In this document: piece after piece, positions 7,429 through 14,096 of the stretch
Layout: each line of letters starts with the position of its first letter
How positions within the stretch are numbered: the stretch's first letter is position 1
Made by a program: the position numbers and the translations under genes
The notes under the pieces: model-generated
Databases searched by the model: none
What the model saw: only the letters and a program-made list of their open reading frames with translations
What the model was told of the DNA's origin: nothing
From: an uncultured Lachnospiraceae bacterium
Lineage (GTDB): Bacteria > Bacillota > Clostridia > Lachnospirales > Lachnospiraceae
DNA length: 14,096 nt
Assembly: GCA_964643295.1 (NCBI GenBank)
Contig: CAZXSN010000073.1
Span: forward strand, 1 to 14,096
Direction of reading: 5' to 3'

Positions 7429-7613
7429 AGTGCCTTCCCCCTTTTTGGCAGGCGGTCAATGTTTATATTCACCCGCCGCAGTATACAAAGATTCACGCCC
7501 CCAAAGCAGAGCTTTCTCTTCTCCCGCTCATTCCTGTTCATTCTCCCGCTTTCTATCATTGGCAAAGGTTCCCTTCTATGGAATCTTTCTCCGAGCGGAA
7601 AAACGCAGATTTC

Positions 7614-8081
7614 TCAGTCCAGATAGGCCGTATAGTGCATATCCTCCGGAGTGAGCGTATCCAGGACCTTTAAGTACTCCGCTGCTTCTCTTCTGCACCC
7701 TTCCAGGTCATGGTCGAGATAGTTCCCGCACTCTTCCTCTTTGGCTCCCGGAATCTCGCCTTCAAACGTGGTCATGGCCCGATACGATTCCCGAATACAG
7801 TCCAGCACTTCCTCATTGCTCAAGCCTCTGGTCAGAAAGTAGACACCGGTCCTGCAGCCCATGGGTCCGACATAAATGATGCCGTCCTTATATTTGCCGT
7901 TGCGGGCAAAGGTCGCGAAGAGATGCTCAATCGTGTGGCTCACTGCGGTGGAGAGGTAATCTCCGTGATTGGGTTCCTTCATGCGCACGTCCCAGGTCAT
8001 GATATCGTCATCCTGCCGGGACAGATACACGCCTCTTTTCAACTTTGTGTGATCAATACTGAAACTTGGAATTCTCTGCAT
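7614..8081 (-). CDS. luxS: S-ribosylhomocysteine lyase (autoinducer-2 synthase) LuxS
   Basis: The track ORF starts at 8276. I prefer the ATG at 8081 (MQRIPSFSIDHTKL...), which has AGGGAGG 7 nt upstream. That start gives 155 aa, the typical LuxS length. The HTIEH metal-binding motif and the PMGCRTG motif are present. A consensus promoter lies inside the track's N-terminal extension, which argues against the longer ORF. Confidence 0.9.
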   Translation of the reverse strand: MQRIPSFSIDHTKLKRGVYLSRQDDDIMTWDVRMKEPNHGDYLSTAVSHTIEHLFATFARNGKYKDGIIYVGPMGCRTGVYFLTRGLSNEEVLDCIRESYRAMTTFEGEIPGAKEEECGNYLDHDLEGCRREAAEYLKVLDTLTPEDMHYTAYLD

Positions 8082-8144
8082 CCTTTTGCCTCCCTGATAC
8101 GCTTTCCGGATCTTCCTTTTCTCCCGGTTTTCCTGTTGTGTGTT

Positions 8145-8173
8145 ATTATACAGCAATCCGCCCCGTTTGCCAA
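8145..8173 (-). promoter_or_regulatory. Sigma-A promoter for luxS (TTGGCA, 17-nt spacer, TATAAT)
   Basis: On the minus strand, TTGGCA is the reverse complement of 8168-8173 and a perfect TATAAT is the reverse complement of 8145-8150. The spacer is 17 nt. The leader is about 57 nt to the ATG at 8081. Confidence 0.5.
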
Positions 8174-8206
8174 TATGCCCCAGCAAAGATTTTCGATCTG
8201 ATTCGT

Positions 8207-8283
8207 CTGTAATGCCTGATTCATCTGAGATCTGTAATGCCTGCTGCATCCAAAGATTCCGCAATGCCTGATCCATCTGATGG
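8207..8283. repeat. Three imperfect direct repeats of about 25 bp (core AATGCCTG-N-T-N-CATC) just upstream of the luxS -35 element
   Basis: R1 at 8207 is ctgtaatgcctgattcatctgagat. R2 at 8232 is ctgtaatgcctgctgcatccaaagat. R3 at 8259 is ccgcaatgcctgatccatctgatgg. The spacing is 25-27 bp. Confidence 0.4.
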
Positions 8284-8371
8284 GTAAGGTTCCAAAAGGT
8301 GGCTAACAGTTGTTGCGCTTCTTCGCATCTCCTGCCACCCTGCTTCTCCGCTGCATCTAATCTCTCCGCAC

Positions 8372-8405
8372 AAAAAAAGTCCCGGACGGATCATCCATCC
8401 AGGAC
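8372..8405 (-). terminator. Rho-independent terminator after the cell-wall hydrolase gene
   Basis: The minus-strand RNA reads GUCCUGGA, an 11-nt loop, UCCGGGAC (an 8-bp stem with one G.U pair), then UUUUUUU. The T-run is the complement of the A-run at 8372-8378. It lies about 45 nt past the stop at 8451. Confidence 0.6.
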
Positions 8406-8450
8406 AGTTTTTCTTTCTATTCCGTTCTTCCGCTCACTCTAACAGGTGCC

Positions 8451-9701
8451 TCATCTGGCCCACGACTGGAAGAACACATGATCCCCGAGTTTCACATACT
8501 TGGATGTCAGATGCAGACGCTGAAACGCGGGCTGCGTCATGAAGAAAAGATACCCTTTCAGGCTCATCTTCTTTCCTTCCACATCAATCGTATATTTATC
8601 CTTTCGGTACATTTTCAGAACCTTGGCCGCTGCCTGCCTGCAGCTTTCCGTGATCAGGCTCTGATTGTTCAGCGCTCTGGTTAAGGCGCCGTCAAACGAG
8701 GGTGTGAACTGGGTGGTCTGATAAACCACTTCCTTCAGCTTCATCGGAAAACTGGTGCTGCGCATGCGGTTGGTGATCACCAGACCGACACCGAGCTGCC
8801 CGTAGTAAGGCTGATTGCCCGCCTCACAGTAAATGATGGCAGAAAGCAGGGTTTCGTCATCCACCTTGGGATCCGTATAATAGGTGCTCTGTACGGAAAC
8901 ATTGGGCTTACCCGTCTCCGTGGCCTCATCGGCTTTCTTTCCCTTGCCGTCCGAGCCAAACAGGTAGGTGACGCCGTCGATTTCCCTGGATTCATTTTCC
9001 AGGCGGTCCCCGGTTTCGGGATCAAAGTAATAGTAAGATCCGTCGACTTTCTGGAAGCCGGTGAGACGCTTTCCATCCGCTCCCACGTAGCGGTCTCCCA
9101 CCCAGGTACTGGTTAAGTTATGTCCTTCCTCCCCGATGAAATATCCGTTCACCCAGACGTTCGTGCCGCGAACGCCGTTGGGCTTGAAATAATACTTCTT
9201 TCCGTCCACTGAAACCAGCGCGTTCGCGACCATGTGGCCGTTCGCCTTCAGGAAGTAGTAGGTCTTCCCGTTAAACTCATGCATGCCGGTAACCATCGCG
9301 CCGCTTATGTCAAACCCGAACTTGTCCTCCCCGATCTTTACGATGCAGTCTTTATAAAGAGATCCTTTCTTGGAAGCGTAATACCGTTTCGATCCGCTGA
9401 CGATCCACTTGGACTTGAGCACCTTCCCCGTCTTCTCCACGTAGTAGCGGTCGCTGCCCACCGTCAGCCAGCCCTTATAGCGTCCTCCGTTCTTCTTATA
9501 GCAGTAGGTGGTTTTTCCGTTCTGGACAAAACCGACGTTTTGCTCTGCAAACCACTGACTCTCCATCTTCTTCCCGGAACTGTTGTACCAGGTATAGGAA
9601 CCGGCAGTATTTTTCACCCATGCTGCGTCGGCCTTCACCGGCATCAACAATATCAGAATCAGGAAAAGCAGCGCTGGCGCAAAAAACGTCTTTCGTCTCA
9701 T
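8451..9701 (-). CDS. Secreted cell-wall hydrolase: signal peptide, YYF-type cell-wall-binding repeats, C-terminal SleB-like (Hydrolase_2) domain
   Basis: This is a 416-aa ORF. Its ATG at 9701 follows GGAGGGA at 7 nt. The signal peptide reads MRRKTFFAPALLFLILILLMPVKADA. Repeated G-x-YY(F/A/V) units occur (KRYYASKKG, KTYYFLKANG, KKYYFKPNG, SYYYFDPETG). The C-terminal ETLLSAIIYCEAGNQPYYGQLGVGLVITNRM...TQFTP matches the SleB/CwlJ hydrolase domain. Confidence 0.85.
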   Translation of the reverse strand: MRRKTFFAPALLFLILILLMPVKADAAWVKNTAGSYTWYNSSGKKMESQWFAEQNVGFVQNGKTTYCYKKNGGRYKGWLTVGSDRYYVEKTGKVLKSKWIVSGSKRYYASKKGSLYKDCIVKIGEDKFGFDISGAMVTGMHEFNGKTYYFLKANGHMVANALVSVDGKKYYFKPNGVRGTNVWVNGYFIGEEGHNLTSTWVGDRYVGADGKRLTGFQKVDGSYYYFDPETGDRLENESREIDGVTYLFGSDGKGKKADEATETGKPNVSVQSTYYTDPKVDDETLLSAIIYCEAGNQPYYGQLGVGLVITNRMRSTSFPMKLKEVVYQTTQFTPSFDGALTRALNNQSLITESCRQAAAKVLKMYRKDKYTIDVEGKKMSLKGYLFFMTQPAFQRLHLTSKYVKLGDHVFFQSWAR

Positions 9702-9782
9702 GAGTCTATCCCTCCGTACCTGCTGGCCAGATTTGTTACATTTCTGTGCTAAATATTACGTTTCTGTTAACTGGATGGGACC

Positions 9783-9811
9783 ATTATAGGCTACGTTTCC
9801 AACTTTGTCAA
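9783..9811 (-). promoter_or_regulatory. Perfect-consensus sigma-A promoter (TTGACA, 17-nt spacer, TATAAT) for the cell-wall hydrolase gene
   Basis: On the minus strand, TTGACA is the reverse complement of 9806-9811 and TATAAT the reverse complement of 9783-9788. The spacer aagttggaaacgtagcc is 17 nt. The leader is about 75 nt. Confidence 0.6.
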
Positions 9812-9985
9812 TACCTATCTCGCTTTCGGGCAGATTCTTTCATCCAGATTTTTCGAACGATCCGGCGTTTTCCTCCAAAAACCCTTGATTTTCCTGAAGA
9901 TTCTCGCTCGCCCTCCCGCTTAAAGGTCTCTTCGAAATTTCCGGATTTTGCTCTTTTCCTCCTCTTTTTTCCTCTTTGCGGCCTC

Positions 9986-12139
9986 TTACGCGGGCAAAAT
10001 CAGGTGCTTTACATGCCCCTCCAGAGAAACTTCCGGTGATGTCCCATCATCGTCGTAGAGCTCATAGACCGCTCCCGCCTCCGCATAGTGGCAGAGCGTC
10101 AGGTGCTCCCAGTCCACCTCCTCCACGCACTGGGCGCTGTCAGCCAGGGGAAGGATGTATCCCTTTCGAATAAACAGCACCACCTCTTCCAGGGGAATCG
10201 ATACATAATGATGCCCTGCGGGCAGTTCCTTTTCCTCCGCGATCCTGTCGCCCGCAAAGCGTACCAGCTTCATCGGTTCCGGCAGGTAAACGATTCGTCC
10301 GCCCGCGTTCTGCTCATACACCGGCGCGATCAGAATGCTTTCCCCGATCAGCAGCTCATCTTCCGTCTGCCTGGCAACCGTATCCTTCGTCCAGACAAAA
10401 CCTAAAGGTCTCGCATACATCTTCCCGCGAAGCGCCGCTTTCATGAATTCGCTGTAGAGATAAGGAAGCAGACGGTACCGCAGCGACAAAATCCCCCGAA
10501 AAGCATCAACATCACCGAACGCATAAGGCTCCTGGGTGCGTGTTCCCGCTGCCGAATGATTGCGAAACAGCGGCAGAAAGATTCCCAGCGCCATCCATCG
10601 AAGCAGCAGATCCCGGGTGCAGTCGGCTCCAAAGCCGCCGATATCCGCCCCGGTATACAAAAATCCGCACATGTTTAAGGAGGGAGCCATCTTCAGGTTC
10701 ATGAGAAGATGCGACCACCAGGATCGATTATCCCCCATCCAGATCCCGGCGTATCGATGCATTCCAATATACGAGGCCCGGGAAAACAGAAGTGTCCGCT
10801 TATCGGGGCGCAGCTCCTCAAAGGCTTCCGCAGCCGAGCGCGTCATGTGAAACCCAAACAGGTTGTGGACCTGATCATGCCGCACAAGCTCTCCTTTGTA
10901 GTCATGGTAAAAGCTGCGGTAATCCTCAGGGTTTTTCGCCAGTGTCATGATCAGGTTCTGAAACTCAAAGGCCGTCTGAACGCTTAAGTCTTCCTCTTTG
11001 TACCCCTGGATTTTGGCCAGCACCTGCTTAAGACGCCTCTCGGAGTAGAAAAGAGCCGGTTCATTCATGTCGTTCCAGAAGCCTTCGATGCCTTTCTCCA
11101 GCAGCACCTCATACTTACGGCCAAACCACCGGCGGGCATCCTCGTTTAACATATCGGGGAAATAGCAAAGACCCGGCCATACACCCACCGCGAACGGCTC
11201 GCCGTTTTCATCTTTGCAAAAATACCCGCGCTCCAGTCCCTCCACGCAGACTTCATACCCTTCTTCTGCCTTTACACCGGCATCGATGATCGGAATCAGG
11301 CGGATATGCTGCGCACGCATCTCCTCTACAAGCTCTTCAAAGTCCGGGAATGTTTCCCGGTTAATCGTAAAGTCCTTGTAATGATCCATGTAATCGATGT
11401 CCAGATAGATCATATCTAACGGCAGACGGTTGTCCCGGTACTGTTTCGCGACCTTCCGCACATCCTCCGACGTTCGGTAACCCCAGCGGCTCTGCCCAAA
11501 GCCAAAGGCCCATTTCGGCGGCAGATAACTTGGCCCGATCAGTTCCCTGAAAGCATACACCACGTCATCCGGCGTCTCCCCGTAAATAAGGTAGAGATCA
11601 AACGCCCCGCCTTCCACCGTGATCTCCAGGCGGTCGGTGTCAGTATAGCCGATATCAAAGGTCACCTTCGCCGGTGTATCCAAAAAGATCCCCCGCTGTC
11701 TCTCCCCGGAGAGCAGAAGAAAGTTGTGGGCGCCGTAAAGGGAATGGGTATCCTCCTGGTGATGCGGTTCATCCGTACAGTCGCTTACATACAGCCAGCC
11801 GCGCTTGTTCATTCCACGCACCTGCTCTCCCAGGCCGTAAACAATCTCCCCTTTTTCAAGGGGCAGGGAAAGCACCGCCTCCTCATCCGGTATCTTTCTT
11901 ACAGGGCGTTTTGTTTCCCCGCTCTCACCGCCGCATTCCTTTTTTTGAACCGCGGTCTTCGCGGGTGCCTTTGGTTCCTCTTTGGCCGCTTCCCAGAAAG
12001 CACCCGCGCCAGCCGGTCTCTTAACAGCCGGTCTGACCGTAATCGTCATATCCGGCAGATCCTGCCAGCTTTGCGGATCCGGTTTGCAAAGAACCGCCTC
12101 CGTCTCTATGGGAACTCCAAACACAAATCTTCTGACCAT
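9986..12139 (-). CDS. Glycoside hydrolase family 31 alpha-glucosidase/alpha-xylosidase
   Basis: The track ORF starts at a TTG at 12301. I prefer the ATG at 12139 (MVRRFVFGVP...), which has AGGAGGA 7 nt upstream. That start gives 717 aa. GH31 signatures include DIDYMD, the catalytic region GFWNDMNEP, and WMGDN...GADIGGF. Confidence 0.9.
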   Translation of the reverse strand: MVRRFVFGVPIETEAVLCKPDPQSWQDLPDMTITVRPAVKRPAGAGAFWEAAKEEPKAPAKTAVQKKECGGESGETKRPVRKIPDEEAVLSLPLEKGEIVYGLGEQVRGMNKRGWLYVSDCTDEPHHQEDTHSLYGAHNFLLLSGERQRGIFLDTPAKVTFDIGYTDTDRLEITVEGGAFDLYLIYGETPDDVVYAFRELIGPSYLPPKWAFGFGQSRWGYRTSEDVRKVAKQYRDNRLPLDMIYLDIDYMDHYKDFTINRETFPDFEELVEEMRAQHIRLIPIIDAGVKAEEGYEVCVEGLERGYFCKDENGEPFAVGVWPGLCYFPDMLNEDARRWFGRKYEVLLEKGIEGFWNDMNEPALFYSERRLKQVLAKIQGYKEEDLSVQTAFEFQNLIMTLAKNPEDYRSFYHDYKGELVRHDQVHNLFGFHMTRSAAEAFEELRPDKRTLLFSRASYIGMHRYAGIWMGDNRSWWSHLLMNLKMAPSLNMCGFLYTGADIGGFGADCTRDLLLRWMALGIFLPLFRNHSAAGTRTQEPYAFGDVDAFRGILSLRYRLLPYLYSEFMKAALRGKMYARPLGFVWTKDTVARQTEDELLIGESILIAPVYEQNAGGRIVYLPEPMKLVRFAGDRIAEEKELPAGHHYVSIPLEEVVLFIRKGYILPLADSAQCVEEVDWEHLTLCHYAEAGAVYELYDDDGTSPEVSLEGHVKHLILPA

Positions 12140-12393
12140 GAAAGTATCCTCCTCTCGCAAAGATCCATCCTGTATCCAACTTTTCAGCGCACAGTCATCT
12201 GCCATGCAGAAAGCTTCCAGATGTAAGCAGCCAAAAAGAGTAAAAGTTCCTCTGTAGCCGAACACATTTTCTGTTGGATACACTTTGGGAAATCCTGGCA
12301 ATCAACTGTGGAAGCAACCCGGGGAAGTTTCGGCAAAAATGCATCTGCCTGTCTGCCCTGAAAAGAAAGGATGTAAAAAAGGGCATAAAAAGA

Positions 12394-12464
12394 AGCAGGT
12401 GAGGGGAATCGAACCCCCCTCTCCAGCTTGGGAAGCTGGCGTTCTACCGATGAACTACACCTGC
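12394..12464 (-). tRNA. tRNA-Gly (anticodon CCC)
   Basis: The minus strand reads GCAGGTG-TA-GTTCATCGGTAGAAC-G-CCAGC-TTCCCAA-GCTGG-AGAGG-GGGGG-TTCGATT-CCCCT-CACCTGC-T. This gives a cloverleaf with a 7-bp acceptor stem, a T-loop TTCGATT and the anticodon loop U-CCC-AA. No CCA is encoded. Confidence 0.85.
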
Positions 12465-12482
12465 ACGTCCTGAACAAACTTT

Positions 12483-12511
12483 ATTATATCCCCATCGTCC
12501 ACGTTTTTCAA
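12483..12511 (-). promoter_or_regulatory. Sigma-A promoter (TTGAAA, 17-nt spacer, TATAAT) for the tRNA-Gly gene
   Basis: On the minus strand, TTGAAA is the reverse complement of 12506-12511 and TATAAT the reverse complement of 12483-12488. The predicted start site is about 12 nt upstream of the tRNA 5' end. Confidence 0.55.
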
Positions 12512-12814
12512 GTGTTTTTTTCAAAAACTGAAAACCGCCCGAGGAACATCCGAAAAAGTCAAGAAACATCGTACATCTGCGGGACTTTCAGGCAAGAGGA
12601 GCTCTGAAGAGTAAACCTTCGTCGAAAAGCGGTCAAACAAGTCACTCCATCAGGCTCTCTGGCCAGTACTCAATATAAGGAAGCAATCCGGCAGCACCTT
12701 CCTTCATCTTTTCCCGAAAACCTTAGAAAACAGGGAAAAGAGCTTTCTTCCCATAAACACGCTCCTTCCCCCGCGCCCAGATAGCCTCTCTGATATCGGA
12801 TCACAGAGAAGCCT

Positions 12815-13696
12815 TTAAGAGCGCTCTTCCTTCTTTTGGCGCTCCTTTAACCACTCCTCAAGCGGTTCCATACTCCGGATGGCTTCCTTCCTCCCCAGAT
12901 CATACACCCGCTGAATCTGCTGCGGATCCGTCTCCAGCCTGCCAATCCCCAGATCCTTCTCGGGACGGATCACGAATACACTGCCCTGCTTTTCCAGGCG
13001 GCGGATATAGGAGAGGGTGTGGTTGTAATCCTGGGGGCGGTTTTTCATGGCCCGGCGAAATGCCGGATAACGCCAGTAAACCAGCCAGGAGAGATCCTTC
13101 TTCTCAGGCTGCTTTACATAATCCGCCGGTTGCGTAAGCACCAGCACATTGCTGCGGTAACCCATTCTGCGAAAAGCCCTGACCGGAATGCTGTCCGTGC
13201 AGCCGCCGTCCAACAGTTTCATGCCGTCCACCTTGACAACCTTAGAGACAAACGGCAGCGATGCCGATGCGCGGATATAGTCAATCTGGCGCTTCATATC
13301 GGTGATCTGCAGATACTCAGGCCTGCCGGTCTCCACGTTGCTGCAGGTTACAAAAAACTTCGTCGGTGAGGCTTTGAAGGCCTGATAATCGTAAGGATCC
13401 AGCCGCTCCGGAATGTCGTGGTAGCAGAACTTTTCATTCACGATCTCTCCGGTGCGCAGCAGACTCTTGATACCCATGAACCGGTCATCGCCGCAGTATT
13501 TTTTATAGTAGCGAATGCTTCGCCCATGCTGTCCTGACACAAAGGAACACCCGTGAATCGCTCCGGCCGATACGCCGATCAGCCCGTCAAAAGTAAGCCC
13601 ATGCTCCATGAACACATCCAGAACACCGGCTGTAAAAATGCCGCGCATCCCTCCGCCTTCCAGAACCAGACCCAGTTTGCCCGATTCACCGCTCAT
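12815..13696 (-). CDS. Patatin-like phospholipase
   Basis: The track ORF starts at a TTG at 13738. I prefer the ATG at 13696 (MSGESGKLGLVLEGGGMRG...), which has AAGGGAGGAA 5 nt upstream. That start gives 293 aa. The oxyanion-hole motif GGGMRG and the serine motif GVSAG (GxSxG) are present. A D-G-G catalytic aspartate motif (LLDGGC) is also present. Confidence 0.85.
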   Translation of the reverse strand: MSGESGKLGLVLEGGGMRGIFTAGVLDVFMEHGLTFDGLIGVSAGAIHGCSFVSGQHGRSIRYYKKYCGDDRFMGIKSLLRTGEIVNEKFCYHDIPERLDPYDYQAFKASPTKFFVTCSNVETGRPEYLQITDMKRQIDYIRASASLPFVSKVVKVDGMKLLDGGCTDSIPVRAFRRMGYRSNVLVLTQPADYVKQPEKKDLSWLVYWRYPAFRRAMKNRPQDYNHTLSYIRRLEKQGSVFVIRPEKDLGIGRLETDPQQIQRVYDLGRKEAIRSMEPLEEWLKERQKKEERS

Positions 13697-13724
13697 CGTG
13701 ATTCCTCCCTTTACAAATGAAACA

Positions 13725-13746
13725 GGTACGCCCGTCAAAGCGTACC
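13725..13746. promoter_or_regulatory. Inverted repeat (GGTACGC, 8-nt loop, GCGTACC) in the leader just upstream of the patatin RBS
   Basis: A perfect 7-bp stem lies at 13725-13731 and 13740-13746. On the plus strand it is followed by TTCCTTTTCC. Confidence 0.3.
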
Positions 13747-14013
13747 TTCCTTTTCCATCGAAAGTTCCCTAACCGGAAACCTCCTGCCATTCTTATTCAC
13801 CTGGGGTTTTTACCTACAGGCTGCTTTTCTTTCCTTTTTCGGTGCGCCTGTGCCTTCCCCTCTCTCCCGTCTCATCTAACGTTCAGTTTCCCTCATCGCC
13901 CATCTGATCACCCTTCCCGGGATGCAGGAAACAGAACATCCTGTTGATGGCGGTGGCTAAAGATTCCTTTAAGTACCCCGGCCTGTTTGGAGAAAGAAAG
14001 ATCACGTATCCTT

Positions 14014-14042
14014 ACTATACAGGATTTCACAGAGATTGTAAA
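14014..14042 (-). promoter_or_regulatory. Candidate sigma-A promoter (TTTACA, 17-nt spacer, TATAGT) facing the patatin gene
   Basis: TTTACA is the reverse complement of 14037-14042 and TATAGT the reverse complement of 14014-14019. If real, it implies a leader of about 310 nt. Confidence 0.3.
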
Positions 14043-14065
14043 TCCTATTTTTTTCAAATTGGCGG

Positions 14066-14094
14066 TTGATTTTTCCCTCCGCTGCTGGTATAAT
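14066..14094 (+). promoter_or_regulatory. Outward-facing sigma-A promoter (TTGATT, 17-nt spacer, TGgTATAAT extended -10) at the window edge
   Basis: On the plus strand, TTGATT lies at 14066-14071, a 17-nt spacer follows, and TATAAT lies at 14089-14094 with TG at -15/-14. It is divergent from the minus-strand candidate promoter. Confidence 0.45.
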
Positions 14095-14096
14095 CT

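Noticed and set aside
8082-8276. N-terminal 65-aa extension of luxS in the track ORF (start at 8276)
   Set aside because: The extension contains the consensus TTGGCA-17-TATAAT promoter and the direct repeats. An internal ATG with AGGGAGG gives the canonical 155-aa LuxS.
9940-9990. Possible terminator after the GH31 stop (GCGGCCTCTTACGCGGGC)
   Set aside because: The two halves are not self-complementary, so no stable hairpin or U-tract forms. GH31 may read through into the hydrolase promoter region.
6712-12226. Assorted plus-strand ORFs (6712..7089, 7710..8201, 9234..9752, 10088..10405, 10560..10987, 11674..12257)
   Set aside because: All lie antisense within well-supported minus-strand genes. 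None has an RBS or a recognisable motif.
12140-12301. N-terminal extension of GH31 from a TTG start at 12301
   Set aside because: It has no RBS. A strong AGGAGGA precedes the ATG at 12139, and the N-terminus from there is typical of GH31.
12184-12477. Minus-strand ORFs that overlap the tRNA-Gly gene
   Set aside because: They overlap a structurally perfect tRNA and have no RBS.
12394-12520. Mobile element or integrase at the tRNA-Gly locus
   Set aside because: The flanks hold no integrase, transposase or attachment-site repeat. There is only a consensus promoter and ordinary neighbouring genes.

Overview
This 14.1-kb window has about 54-56% GC and carries Gram-positive-style GGAGG ribosome-binding sites. 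It looks like an ordinary chromosomal region of a Clostridia-like Firmicute. Every credible gene lies on the minus strand. I support ten CDS, one tRNA, and several promoters and terminators.

Reading in minus-strand order (right to left):
- Patatin-like phospholipase (12815..13696).
- Solitary tRNA-Gly(CCC) (12394..12464) with a consensus promoter.
- GH31 alpha-glucosidase (9986..12139).
- Secreted cell-wall hydrolase with a SleB-like domain and cell-wall-binding repeats (8451..9701).
- LuxS (7614..8081).
- An apparent two-gene operon: a class-A beta-lactamase-fold lipoprotein (6415..7428) followed by a secreted protein made of six tandem SH3b domains (4971..6401).
- A roughly 650-bp stretch with no convincing gene (4170..4830).
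- A four-gene cluster: a small XRE HTH regulator, a double zinc-ribbon membrane protein, an SPFH/band-7 protein with a C-terminal DUF4339 (GYF-like) domain, and a second tandem zinc-ribbon transmembrane protein with a duplicated ectodomain that runs off the window start.

The four-gene cluster resembles the YdjG/YdjH/YdjI (PspA-associated) envelope-stress module, but it has a different domain combination and no PspA in view. It is the best candidate here for a poorly described system.

Several ORFs in the supplied track begin at upstream TTG/GTG codons. For those I propose downstream ATG starts backed by ribosome-binding sites. I found no CRISPR array, transposase or integrase.
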